64,000 bases of DNA from Schmidtea nova (Eukaryota), in NCBI GenBank assembly GCA_044892505.1, contig CM097882.1, positions 193,998,001-194,062,000 of the forward strand, written 5' to 3'. Positions 1 through 13,509 of this stretch are shown piece after piece (the stretch's first letter is position 1; each line of letters starts with the position of its first letter). Made by a program: the position numbers and the translations under genes. Under the pieces are notes generated by a model. That model had not been told where the DNA came from, ran no database searches, and was given only the letters and a program-made list of their open reading frames with translations.

Positions 1-5
1 GTGTT

Positions 6-428
6 CAGAACCGGTTTTACTCTAGAGGGGCTCAAGGCCTTAAGTTTTATGGGGCCCTTTTATAATTTTTTAAGCAAAAAGCTTAATTTGTTAACGTTAT
101 TTTGTCAGACTTTAAAAGAGCAATCACTAATCTGTAGCAATGATTTTATTTTAATGTTTTTTTTAAACAGTTGAAGAAAATCTAGGCCAAAAATGTTTTT
201 TTAAATAAAAATTTGAAAAAAATATTGTGCTTTCATGAAATTTTTACTTTAGGAAGGTATTATATTAAATATAATGTAATATAATTAAATAGTTTTACTT
301 ATATTACATAAATATAATAATCTACAAATAATTAAAAGATGTAATAATTTTTTATATCAGTAATACAAAATTTGGGGCTCCCACCAGTCGGGGCCCTAGG
401 CTTCAACCTAAGGATAAATCCAAGCCTG
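6..428. mobile_element. Non-autonomous hAT-type MITE (degenerate CAG..CTG termini, internal GGGGCCC motifs)
   Basis: Ends cagaaccggtttt / aaatccaagcctg. The right flank gaagtgtt (429-436) ends in gtgtt, identical to the 5 visible left-flank bases (1-5), consistent with an 8-bp hAT TSD. Confidence 0.55.
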
Positions 429-782
429 GAAGTGTTAACTCAGTGATTAGCTCTGATCAATGAACTTAGATTTTATTACGAAGTTAACTCTAAATTGGGT
501 AGTGTGATTTCCATTTATCTATTGATTGGCATTTCAGCTACTGGGATTCGTATCATCAAATCGATTATAATAGATAAATTTTAGCCTATCGTCATCTCGA
601 AATTTACTCGCTAGGACCATTTGGGGAATTATGGCCAGTCGAAGCCTACTTCTCTTTAAATGAATCCCGAAAGAGAAAAATAGAGCCTAGAAGCCCTGAT
701 TTTCTCCAAAAGTCGAATAGATAATTTTAAATGAGTGAACGAATGTAAACTAAACAAAATAAATCTTACTTCAGAGTTTTAT

Positions 783-1314
783 TGTTACAAATCCTGAGCC
801 AAATGATTGTTAAAACTGTTAAATAATAAATGAGCTGTAGTAAAAAATAAGCTTCAAAATTCCAACATTACTTACAATAAAAATTGTTGTTAAATAAATG
901 CCGATGAGTGTAGGTTGAGCCTGTCTTATTTAGTTGTTTTGGGCGGAGGCATTCTAACCAATCAGGATTACCGCCCACAACTTTTACTATTTTTCTTTGT
1001 TCTCTTAACCGATTAATTTTTTAAATTATTTTGGTTTAATTTTCAATTCTCATTGGTCAATTTAAATTATTCTTAGTTTTATTTTAATTAATTTTTGGTT
1101 CTATTTTGTTTCTTGGCGCCATGATGGATTTTGATCCGATTTTTATCGAAAGTTATATTTCATTAACCTATTCTGCTGAGTTTTTTTTATTTCCTATTTC
1201 TTTCGATACTAATTTTTTCTTTTGCTTTCCTTTGTTAGTTATTTAACCCATTTTGGTTCCTTTTACGGACCCTTTGAATTACTCGTCTCCATTTTATTTT
1301 GTGCTATCATCACA
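783..1314. repeat. LTR-like dispersed repeat copy (TGT...ACA)
   Basis: Begins tgttac, ends atcaca, contains GGGCGG/CCAAT motifs and a T-rich half like other copies in the window. No TSD found. Confidence 0.3.
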
Positions 1315-1791
1315 AAAAACCATACAAATGTGAGCTCAATAGTTTTTTAAAGACTGTTGTTAAATCCATTAGCGAAACATAATAGAAAATCGCTGACGGA
1401 TCATAATCACTTATTTCATTTTACATTTCGAAACATTTATTTAAAATCTGGTAATTTTTGTGAAGTGTTGTAGAAATTTTGATATGCTCCTATAAGGAAA
1501 TTATGAAACGAAATTATAGTTTATATCTCAAAGACAATTTTAAATTAAAAACTTGCATTTTTATTAATTAGGATAATGTAAATTTTTAAATAACCTTTAA
1601 TTTATACACTTAAGTTTATACTCCAACAGAACTTTTCAATGAATAAGCGATATCAAACTTTATTAATAACAAGATATACATAATTTTCTAATGACTTAAA
1701 ATTTTTATTAAAGAAAAACATTTTAGCTACCGTACAAATCTTCCAAATCATAGTCTTTGTGGAAATTTCCACTGAGCAGTCCACTTATTAA

Positions 1792-1973
1792 CACGTTGAC
1801 TATCACGTCATCCATATATGGATAAATCATCTTTTATTATTTTAGAACTCTGTACGAAATATTATATGCTATTTCCCATATGTCTCTTGATAGACAAGCT
1901 GGTATATGATTGGTAGAATCCAATTTTTTGGCCTCTTAGGAAGTTTCTTAAAATGAGGTGGGCAGTCAACTTG
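1792..1973. mobile_element. piggyBac-like MITE
   Basis: TTAA on both sides (1788-1791, 1974-1977). TIR cacgttgact vs reverse complement caagttgact (9/10). Confidence 0.5.
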
Positions 1974-2398
1974 TTAAAAGAACCGTAATCGCGATCACCA
2001 TGTTAGACGCAATTATATTTAAATCTCTTTCATTAAATTTATTTAAGAAATTACCAAATTCGAATTTCCTAAGTTTGATCTTTAATATTCAAACAACCGT
2101 AGCATTTGCAATGTGGTAATAATAAAAATATTTATCACATATTTTAAAATTATATCAATAGACAATATATAAAATATAAATAGTTATTTAAGTTAATTTA
2201 GTTTTAATTTAAAATATTTTAGAAACTCCTTATAAAAGTCTTTTCCGGTTGAACTTTTGAAGGCTGTGGCGAAATAAGTTCTAAAACCTGATCTGTATAA
2301 ACTCCATGTTTACTAACTATAACATCATTTTTGTAAATTTTTTTCTTTTTATACGATGAATGATAAGGATAATTATTTTTTTAATTGTTCATTTTCAA

Positions 2399-3686
2399 TA
2401 AAGCTTGACCGATTGCACTTTTTCCAAATTGTCAATTGTGAGAACAGCCGATTGTGGAGCTGATACTGATTGTCTAAGAATTATAAATATTTTAATCATT
2501 GCTCTGTTTTTTGTGTGTTAAGTTCTCATACTGTTTCATTACCAGTCAGCTCAGTCACTGATGACATGCATTTACAGACTATTAATCAACGAAGCAATTT
2601 TAATAGTAGTCTAGTATTTAAAACTTTTTATTTACTTTACTATTCAGTATTGTTGGGTTATAATGAAATAGTTGACTTCTCTTGTCCTTCCTTAAAAATC
2701 AAATGAAAAAACCCAGCACATTACAAATTTATTAATTTTTCAAAAACAAATTACAATTGTTACTTTATTTGCACTCCTCTTCGGCAACTATGTTTTGACG
2801 TAAGGCAGGTAACCAAAGGGGAAATCGTCTTTTCTGGGCGTCAATATAGTTAATATTTTACATAAGAATTTGTTTCTCTTCTAATTTTACCAACCTCTAG
2901 TTAGTTGTTTATCAATGGTATACACTCCATCTCTGTTAACAGGTTTTAGGAGTGACTAGTCTTTCAACAGCTCTCCTTTTCATACTGTTGCTGTAACAAC
3001 ATTTAAGTTGCGGTTTCACAACTATTTCTGTAATTCCGGAACAATTTACCTGGGCCGGCTCTTGGGTTAATTTACTCTAAAAAATAATTAGCTTATTGAC
3101 TACACTGTCTTTCTATACGGCTCGGCTTTCTTCACATCCTGGGGTTCTCACACTGCTCCGATTTTCCATTAGCTCGAGTTTCCCATTGGCTAGGATTTTC
3201 CATTAGGGAATTAATTTATTTTAATTAACTTATTTTTTCGAATTATTTTCTTTCGGAACCCTTTACTAAATTTTTATTATTATATTTGGAATCATCTCTC
3301 GATTCGGTGTTCAACCATATCTGTTTCTCCCGGAAAATATAGCTTCTTTATTTTTTTAAAATTTAATTAATTTTTGTACTTTAAATATGTTGATATTTTT
3401 AACGATTTATTTTGGTTTTCCTCACTTTTATTTTCATCATTTTATAACAACCCCAACAGTATATGTCCAGTTTTTTATTTGGACATTTTTTGACATAACT
3501 AATCACATAAAATTAATATATTTGTTGGTTTTGGAATTTATATTTTGTTGTCGAGTCAGATAAATGCTAGATTCAGTTAGTATTCTGAATTCCCGATCTT
3601 CAACAATCGGCACTGGATGTGCGGCCAATTATTGTCCTGATAATCAGCCCGATTGTGAATATTAAGAATTAATCGGTCAAGCTCTA
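2399..3686. mobile_element. hAT-type non-autonomous element with a nested LTR-like repeat
   Basis: TIR ta(a/g)agcttgaccgatt at both ends. Perfect 8-bp TSD attttcaa (2391-2398, 3687-3694). Confidence 0.8.
2758..3459 (-). repeat. Solo-LTR-like repeat (family also at ~42.2k, ~54.9-55.4k, ~60.2k, ~63.5k)
   Basis: On the - strand reads TGTTGGGG...AATAAAGTAACA. Shares the tttcccatt(g/a)g block and downstream motifs with the other copies. Confidence 0.5.
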
Positions 3687-6600
3687 ATTTTCAAAATTAG
3701 AATTAACTCATAAATAATATTTGAAAATTAAAATGTTAATAAAATATAATAAATATATACTTTATCTGTATGAAGACTATAACTAAGTTCACCAAAGATA
3801 TCTTTAAACGAAAAATAACTCTTTTGCCACTCAAGTGAAAAACTTTGCTTCAAACTTCCATAAGTTAATTGGCGCAATCCGGCTGCTAATTCAGGATTTA
3901 TAGGCATAAAACCTAAATTTTTATCAATTTTTACACCAGCTTGGACGATATTCCTTAAATCGTGATAGTTTATTCGACTTTTGCTTCCTTAATTACAAAA
4001 ATAATATAGTAAAAATAATTTCAAAGCGTGATTTTGAATAAAAAAATTTTAAATTATAGTAAAACGCCCAATTAATTTGAAAGTGGATATTTTTTGGGGA
4101 AAAGTTATTTAGAAAGCACATTTATTTTATTGATTTTTATCAAAAAATTATAAAAATTGCATAAAAAAGGCTTTATTAGTGTTTTAGGATGTACGCTTCT
4201 TCTATTACGCTTCTTTATTCTATGACTTTCTGATTTGAATTGAGCTTTATTATCTCTCTCAGACTCAATATTTTCATGGAGGCTTTGTGAGTTAAATTTT
4301 TCTTTTATAACATCAAAGTCTATAGTGAGAAAGTGGAGAATTTAATATTTTAACATGACTGCTTTCTTAAGTTTCCTCTGTAATTTTAAAAATACCGATC
4401 AGTATCCGTTTAAATAAAATTGTTTCTTCAATAAATATAATGTCGTTTTGTGACGACAATGACAAAACGCCAGAATGGGACAAGATGGAGAGAGTAATGA
4501 CTTATCACTAAATTATTTTGTTTATTTGAAAGATAGCAATATGGTAAGGTAAATTATTCTTCTTTCAATCTGTATTGCTAATAATTATTGCTAATTAATT
4601 ATAATTATTTTAAATTACGTATCAATTGTTTAAATTAATTTTTAATATATTTTATATTTAAATTTAAATTGATGATTTTCTCGAAAGCAATAACCAATTG
4701 TATTCTCAGGGTCAAATATTTTATCTCATTGTTAAATTTTTAAAATAATTACAGTTTTAAAATAAACTTAATAAATTCTTACTCGTTAAATAATTTTCAT
4801 TTGGCACAAAAAAAGACTTTTTAGATTCTAAATCAATTACATTCAGATTTTGATTGACTAAAAAACTTTTATGAACAATATTCGGAAGTAAGACATGACT
4901 CTAAAATAAAAATAAACACTGAAGCCCCAATAACTTTGAGAATTATTATTACAAATTGAAATAACATTCATTACCTTAGAACTACTTTTTATAAATGAAG
5001 GTATTTCAACGAAAGTCAATAGCTTTTGTAAATTATACAAATCTTTTTCACTTATAACATTATTTCCTTTATTGTTATCATTTAATTTATTTTCTTCCTT
5101 TTTTTCTAAATTGTATTTTGTTAAAATAGTCTCATCATTATTACTTTTTATCATTTTAAATAAGACTCCGTCTGAATCTATGCATTTAAGAAGTTCTCAA
5201 ATACTTAAACAAAATAATTTATTTTTGATGATATTTTCCAATTTTATCAAATTTCAAGTTAATACTATAATTTAAATTGTAAATAAAATTCTAATACTAA
5301 AAAATCATATTCGTAATATTATGATCAAAATTTTTATTTATTCATATATACAATCAATGTATTAAAATGATGACTAAAATAATTTAATATTGAAATTATT
5401 TTGTTGGGCTGGTGGAAGTGAGGTTCAATCGTTGTTTTAATACATCAAATAAAATTAAAATCCCACGATAACACATAAGAAAATTAAACATGAAAATAGC
5501 ATGAAAAATATCGGATATTAAAATATAAATAATAGTCATACGAACCGCTTTTCATAAGTCTGTCGAGTTATTGAGAAAACGATACAGAGGATATATCTTA
5601 GGAGAGAGCGCACAATTTGAGTGGAAGTTAAATTTATTCACGAAAAACAGTACAAGAATTGAATGGGGAAGGTCATTGCTAGTAAAAAGCATGATCGAAA
5701 AATAAAATTTAGTACCAAAATAAAAAAGAATAATTTATTAAAAATTATTGAAAAAACCCCCATTAAAATATCGTCAAAACAGCAAATATAGGAATGAAAA
5801 TAGAATTGAAATTAAATTTTATTGTTTTAATCAATCAATTAACGCGCCTAAAATATGGATACACACATATATTTAATAGAATTAAAAATAAATATTTAGG
5901 AATAAAGAAAATAAATTATAATATTAAATTTAAAGAAAATAAATAAATAATCATTCGGTAAAACAAATAAGTTAAATGCTAAAATAAATAGATGAATTAA
6001 ATTTTAAATGTTCTTGTTTTATTAAACAGGATGCGTAGGTGTCAAGCAAAAATAGTATAAATGGACGCTGAAAAATCATAATTTTAACACGCTTGAACAA
6101 AATAACACAATTATTCACGACCTTCTATCGGTAGCAGAAACCCGAAAGAGAGGATACAGTGAGGAGTAGTTTTGGCAGGAAGCTCACCTACTCACTGGAT
6201 TAAGGCCTAAATGTAGAAAACCAACATAGTTCGCCAAGGAGTGCATGGGTGAGGTTGATAATATTTATGATGGATTATGGGTAGTATTTATCCTTAAAGT
6301 CAATAATAAATTTTGTAACAACACCCATACATACCAGCAATCTATAGAGTGTGTCATATGTCGTATAAGTACGTGGAAGTATTAAATCAACAACACTAAA
6401 AATTTATCGTAATATGTCTAAATTGTAATCATGCATGTTCAATGAAAAGTACATTCTGATGGTTTATGGTGGTTAAACTTTTACTCGACTTTATAGACTG
6501 TTGCTTCACAGCTAAACTACATATAACGACATGAAAATAACTAATCACTCATGCTTGACAACGATGGTTCTTATCAAGTAGTAGAATATGTCTGCAAACG

Positions 6601-9600
6601 TCGAACTGTGTCTCCAAGACTGCTATTGCCCAGATGATCCATTGGGTTCAATTACCATTGATAGAAGGTTATTGGTACTCTTAATACTCGTTCCATCTCT
6701 GTGTATCTAATTTTCATTATTCCTCATTATTCTCCAATAAGCATTTTCAGTTGAATTTAATTGAAACCGTTTAATATAAATATTTTTTCCTTTAAAATTA
6801 TTCGATATCCTTCCTAAGCTTAATCATTTATACCCTCATAACTCCTCTCAGTGCTTACAATTTGTGAATCAAACAAACAAAAAAAATAAAATTTTCGTAA
6901 CAAAATATTCATTATATATTACAAAAAAAATTATTTTAAAACATTCAACTCAATTTCTTCTTTAGTCGCCAATGCGTCCAGCTATACGAGTCATCTTCCT
7001 TAGGCGACGTCTTATTTCAGCTCTTCCGGCATTTGGCGACTTCACTGGTTTTTCCGATTATATTCCTTGTTGAATGGCCTGATTATCGCTCAGAAACAAT
7101 TCAATTTCGCCATAATTTAACAGACTTATGGCTTTTGTGATTATCTGGCGTACCATCGCTTAGTTTCGTGCGTACTTCTGTTCCCTAAGCCATACCTTTA
7201 ATGCTCGAATTTCCTCCTGCTCTTGTGCCACTGGTTCTTTGAGTGTTCTTATATGTTGTTGTGCTTTCTTCATTCTTTCCATGTTGAAACAAGTATGTTC
7301 AAGCTTCCGGCATCTCTGCATAAAACTGTTGGCTCTCTGTTCTGCCTCGTATTTAAGTCGAATACTTGAGTCTCCTATTTTGGCTGATTTGTAATTATTC
7401 ATCTAAAAGTTAAATAATTTAATTTCACATTTCTTCGAATGTTTTTATATTTTGCCATTGTGATTCAAATAAAACTTTCTCACTGATTTGCCTTATATTT
7501 ACTACGGTAATGAAAAACACAATTAAAAACACTCATGGCAAAACGTTTATTGAATAAAAAACAAATAAATAAAGAACAACGAAGTGCCAATATTCCTTCT
7601 CCACTATCTGTCTTTTAAGCATCCGATAAATCCGATATTATCTGTGCCAAATCCAAATACAATGGCAAAAATGTCCCTAACCAAAAGAAATTCAATCACA
7701 GTATTCGAGCCACTGAAAAATGAAACCCAACAACTCCTTAATTTACAAATTTTCCCAATGAAGAAAAACAATATTCAACTAAATAGAACACTAGAAAACC
7801 AAACATCCTTCAAACAATTAACAACAGAACTGAAAATTAAACAACCTACTAGAAAAATCTCAACAACAAAGACGAATCAAATAAAGAAAAAACATCCCTG
7901 ATGGAAGAATTGAATCGAAAAATAAAACTACAAGTCAAATAAACTGAGAAAATAATAAAACAACTTATATCTTCCGAAAACAAAAAAACCCTCCAAGACA
8001 AGAACCAATAAATGAAGACGTAAGAGAGAAACAGCAATTACAGTCGTCCTACAAGGTATCAGCCTTTTTTCAGTCCTACTGATTTTTAGTATCATCGAGT
8101 AAATCAAACTCGAAAAGATGAAAATGGAGAAGGCCAAAATTCTATTAAGTACCCTCAAAAGAATCACCTACGAAAACGCAAATCCATCATTAAATTTCCT
8201 AAGATATATATTCGAAGATCCAATCAACAATGATTAACCCAATATCGAGATTCCTACTGCAATCATTCAATTAAATCAATTCTTCAAACAATAATGAGTG
8301 TTATTTGATGAACCATGAACGATTCTCATAAACTTTTCGTAATTTTCATACTCATCACTCAAATTTCATTACATTATAATCAAATCTCCTATCTAACAAT
8401 CTATTTTACTTAAAAATGGATCAGAGAATAATCGATCAAACGACGACCAAATCAAATATCAAAAAATCTTAATCCAAAATTTACCATTGACAAAGCATTA
8501 AATTAAAACTTTAATCCGAACTACTATAGGTTCATATATATTTTAAACCAAACCGCTGTAGGTTCATTCTATTTTTTTTGTTATTCGAGTCAATATAGAC
8601 TCTTTGATGTATATGTACGAAATTAATTATTATTATAGGATACTTATTTCTCCCTTGCATTTTCGTGGGAGCTACAACAAAATTGATAGGAGCAAGTAAA
8701 TTCAAAGAGCATCTACAGCTGGAGTTGATAGCATCTCGATTGGAACTAAAGAATTGTAAGGCAGCATGTCCAAAACATTCATGAAGAAATAATAGGTTAG
8801 GAGAATCCAATCTTTAGCGTTCAGAGAATTGTACCCAAATGTGGATTACAAGTCTCTAATAAAAATATCTTCACCGCAACTGATAGAAACTCCGAAACCT
8901 AATAAGAAAGCCCTGATAATTTCTAAACAGCGAAAGAAGTTGAAAAAAAACAGAAAGAACAATTCAAGGCCCAATTAACAAGACATTTAGAATACCTTGA
9001 TGGACTATCAGAACTGGAATTACTTAGTGAAGTTTATTCTGTATATAGTAAATACATGTTTTCTAAGAGTTAACATTTCTAATCGGTCTTTTCTTTGGAG
9101 AAATGACAAATGTCTACTTTTGGCAGAATGGGGAATGAAAAATTCGGATCATGTAAAAACTAGGCCACGCTGGGACCTACTTTTTACACGTTAATTCGGT
9201 TGTTTAAATAAAGATAAAATTAAATATATAATTAATAATTAATATTAATAATTAAATATTAATAAATTAATAATAAATATTAATAAATTAATNNNNNNNN
9301 NNNNNNNNNNNNNNNNNNNNNNNNNNNNNNNNNNNNNNNNNNNNNNNNNNNNNNNNNNNNNNNNNNNNNNNNNNNNNNNNNNNNNNNNNNNNNNNNNNNN
9401 NNNNNNNNNNNNNNNNNNNNNNNNNNNNNNNNNNNNNNNNNNNNNAAATAAGCCCTTGCTGCAAAAGTAATTTTATTAAGTGAGAAAATTTTCGATTATA
9501 AAATAATCCTCGTCAATCTCTAATTCGGCAAATAACTGGTATCTTCATTCATTCTGTTGTTTCTTTTTTCTTGATTTCTCTTCCTTTTCATTGGATATTA

Positions 9601-9924
9601 ATCTGATTCATATAAATTTTTTAAATTCTTAATTGTTTTTAAATGTTTTTTTTTAAAAATTTTAAAAATATAAAATAAAAACTAAAAATTTTTTCTAAAA
9701 TTTTTTCTAAAATTTTTTTCGAATAAATAAATTTATCCATTTTAAAATTTGAAAATTTTTAAATTTTCATTGTCTGTGTTCTACATTTTAAATTTTCCAA
9801 CCATTTATATTTGAATGTTATATTTTTTTGATAAATTCTCTGTACTATCACTTTTCTTTCTTCCTTTTTTATATTTTATCTTCCTTTTACTTTTATACTT
9901 TCATCTTTGTAGAACCACATTTCT

Positions 9925-11950
9925 TTAACAAGATAACAAGTGGGCGATTTCGCATACTTCCTCTTTAGAGTTAATTTTTGGGTGTTTGTCTCTAATGAGA
10001 ATAGCTTCTTTAAGTCTAAGATTTTTTTCGTCGTTTTCATTTGTCAATATTCTCACTGATATTAATTTTTCCTTATTTTCTGTCTGACATTGGTGAAGAT
10101 GTCTATATACAAATGAATTTCCACTAGGATCAAGACGTTCTTTAATTCTCTGATGCAAAGTCCGAAGGGTGCTTCCGATGTAAATTTCTTCGCATTTATT
10201 ACACATGATGCTAAAGACAATGTTCTTGCGAAAGCATAATTTCTTTGGTGTTTGGAAATTTTCCATCCTACATGTATTTTCCTTTCTCGTGTTGTTAGCT
10301 AGAGCTTGCCTTAATGTCTTAGATCTATGTGCCAAACGAATCGGAAGGCCAGTGAGATTAAGTTCTTTGATGATCATGAAATTTATTCGGTCACTGATGA
10401 AAGGAATTCGAAGGTAGAAATATTTCTTTTCCTTTTGTAGGTCTTTCTGCCTTCTCTGGTTGAATTTTACTTTGTTGATCTCGTTAATATTATGGTATCC
10501 GTTACGATGCAGGACTTCTGTAAATATTCTTTGTTGTACTGAATTGTTCTCTTCATTTGTGCATCGATTAGCTATCCTTTGTCTCTCATTTCTAATGACG
10601 TTTACCTTCTGCAGATGAGGAAGTGCTGATCTTTGGTGCATAAATATTTCTTTGTGGGCTGATTTTCTGTAGAACCCATATGCTGGTGTGTCTGAGTTGA
10701 TATTTATTCTCAGATCCAATATTTCGAGGGATCCGTCTTCTTTCGGGTATTCAATCTCGAATTCTATGTCATTGTGTGCCGCGTTGAAGATACGAAATAT
10801 TTCTTCCGCTTCCATTTTGCTATTTGTCGTAATAAATATATCGTCTACATATCGTGCGTATATACCAATGGTATTTATGGTTATCAGTATTTGTTGTTCG
10901 AGATAATCCATGAATATAATCGCTAGTATGGCTGAAATACTAGAGCCCATTGACAGGTCTCTCACTTGATGGTATACTTTCTGTTCAAATGTAAAGTAGG
11001 TGTTTGCGAGAACTACAGTTAGAAGTTCAATTATGTCTTCTGTCTGCATCTCATTTATTGTAAGTTTACGTTTTTGTAACTTTCTTTCTAAACAATCTAT
11101 AGCATCTTTAGGGTGGATAGAGGTGTATAGGGATACCACATCGAGGCTAAAGGGATATTTGAATTTTGCATGGGTGTTTTTATCTGTTTTATTCAATTTT
11201 GACATAAGACAGTCACTGCTTTGAAGATGGTGTGGTACTTGGTCTAGCAGCGGTTTCAGAATTTTGGAAAGAAGCCAACTTACTTTGGTTGTTGGACGTT
11301 TTGTATTGGATACAATTGGTCTAATCTTGATCGCGGGACCTGTTTTGTTGGTTTTAATTAAACAGTAAAATTTTGGAAGGTCTGAGTTTTTTGTTATGAA
11401 ACCTTTGATAGAACTTTCTTTGATACCTCTTTTCCTGCTGATTCTTTTGAATACTTTGTTAATCTTTCCTTTAATGGTGTTTGCCGACATACGTTTCGTC
11501 TCTTTATATGTATTTGTATCGTTAAGGTGTTCGTAGGCTGCTTCACAATAACGGCTTTTCTCAATTATGCAAAATCACCTCCTTTGTCGCTTGGTAGGTA
11601 GATGTTTGGTTTGAGTTTAAGGGATTTCAAGGTAGCCTGCTCATAGGTCGATAAATTTAATTTGTATGGATTCATTTTCGCTTTTTCTATAATGCATACA
11701 ATTTTGTTGCAAACCTTTGATAGAGTCGAATCAAGTTCTGCATTAGGATAGGGAGTGTACACTCTATCTGTGTTTATATAGACAGGGAACTTATTCTGAT
11801 TATCAGTCTCAGATATGTGATCGTACCATTTGATTTGGTATGCTAATCGACATATGGCGGCTTTGATATTAAGTAGGATTTCATCAGTGATTTTGTTGTT
11901 TAAACTGAATTTTGGACCGAGTGATAGTAATCCTTTGTCATTGTTATCTA
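9925..11950 (-). CDS. Penelope-like reverse transcriptase + GIY-YIG endonuclease (one frameshift at ~11572)
   Basis: Motifs LLSLGPKF, PSDKG, PKFYCLIKT, RPIVS, SLDVVSLYTSI, MGSSIS, RYVDDIF, then CxxC-YIGST. A 1-nt loss in a T-run links ORF 11565-11950 to ORF 9925-11490. Confidence 0.9.
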
Positions 11951-12923
11951 ACAACAAACACTGATAACCATAAATACCATTGGTATACACGCACGATATG
12001 TAGACGATATATTTATTACGACAAATAGCAAAATGGAAGCGGAAGAAATATTTCGTATCTTCAACGCGGCACACAATGACATAGAATTCGAGATTGAATA
12101 CCCGAAAGAAGACGGATCCCTCGAAATATTGGATCTGAGAATAAATATCAACTCAGACACACCAGCATATGGGTTCTACAGAAAATCAGCCCACAAAGAA
12201 ATATTTATGCACCAAAGATCAGCACTTCCTCATCTGCAGAAGGTAAACGTCATTAGAAATGAGAGACAAAGGATAGCTAATCGATGCACAAATGAAGAGA
12301 ACAATTCAGTACAACAAAGAATATTTACAGAAGTCCTGCATCGTAACGGATACCATAATATTAACGAGATCAACAAAGTAAAATTCAACCAGAGAAGGCA
12401 GAAAGACCTACAAAAGGAAAAGAAATATTTCTACCTTCGAATTCCTTTCATCAGTGACCGAATAAATTTCATGATCATCAAAGAACTTAATCTCACTGGC
12501 CTTCCGATTCGTTTGGCACATAGATCTAAGACATTAAGGCAAGCTTTAGCTAACAACACGAGAAAGGAAAATACATGTAGGATGGAAAATTTCCAAACAC
12601 CAAAGAAATTATGCTTTCGCAAGAACATTGTCTTTAGCATCATGTGTAATAAATGCGAAGAAATTTACATCGGAAGCACCCTTCGGACTTTGCATCAGAG
12701 AATTAAAGAACGTCTTGATCCTAGTGGAAATTCATCTGTATATAGACATCTTCACCAATGTCAGACAGAAAATAAGGAAAAATTAATATCAGTGAGAATA
12801 TTGACAAATGAAAACGACGAAAAAAATCTTAGACTTAAAGAAGCTATTCTCATTAGAGACAAACACCCAAAAATTAACTCTAAAGAGGAAGTATGCGAAA
12901 TCGCCCACTTGTTATCTTGTTAA
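11950..12923 (+). pseudogene. 5'-truncated inverted copy of the PLE ORF (YVDD, thumb, GIY-YIG)
   Basis: Translation is near-identical to the C-terminal ~300 aa of the - strand ORF (e.g. PSGNSSVY vs PSGNSFVY). Confidence 0.9.
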
Positions 12924-13476
12924 AGAAATGTGGTTCTACAAAGATGAAAGTATAAAAGTTAAAGGAAGATAAAATATAAAAAAGGAAGAAAGAAAAGTGA
13001 TAGTACAGAGAATTTATCAAAAAAATATAACATTCAAATATAAAGGGTTGGAAAATTTAAAATGTAGAACACAGACAATGAAAATTTAAAAATTTTCAAA
13101 TTTTAAAATGGATAAATTTATTTATTCGAAAAAAATTTTAGAAAAAATTTTTAGTTTTTATTTTATATTTTTAAAATTTTTAAAAAAAAACATTTAAAAA
13201 CAATTAAGAATTTAAAAAATTTATATGAATCAGATTAATATCCAATGAAAAGGAAGAGAAATCAAGAAAAAAGAAACAACAGAATGAATGAAGATACCAG
13301 TTATTTGCCGAATTAGAGATTGACGAGGATTATTTTATAATCGAAAATTTTCTCACTTAATAAAATTACTTTTGCAGCAAGGGCTTATTTTCTTACTTAT
13401 TTACTAAGTAATTTAATACTTAATGCTGCTACCAAGGAATCACCATTTTATACTACTACTAATAATAATAATATAC

Positions 13477-13509
13477 ACACTTGATAAAGGCTGTGCCGAA
13501 ATATTGTGT
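13477..13509 (+). ncRNA. Minimal type I hammerhead ribozyme motif (PLE pLTR), U3:A8 core variant
   Basis: acac|TTGATAA|A|GGC-tgt-GCC|GAA|ATAT|T|gtgt. Helix I acac/gtgt, helix II GGC/GCC, palindromic ATAT helix III, AUU cleavage triplet. Lies ~560 nt downstream of the PLE stop. Confidence 0.7.

Noticed and set aside
5560-6350. GC-richer blocks with a possible acceptor and RCQAKIV..HN peptide (FLYWCH/MULE-like)
   Set aside because: Too many stops and too little motif support.
10205-12643. Short ORFs antisense to the PLE ORF (10205, 10688, 11000, 11948, 12431)
   Set aside because: Shadow frames of the RT/EN coding strand, duplicated only because of the inversion.
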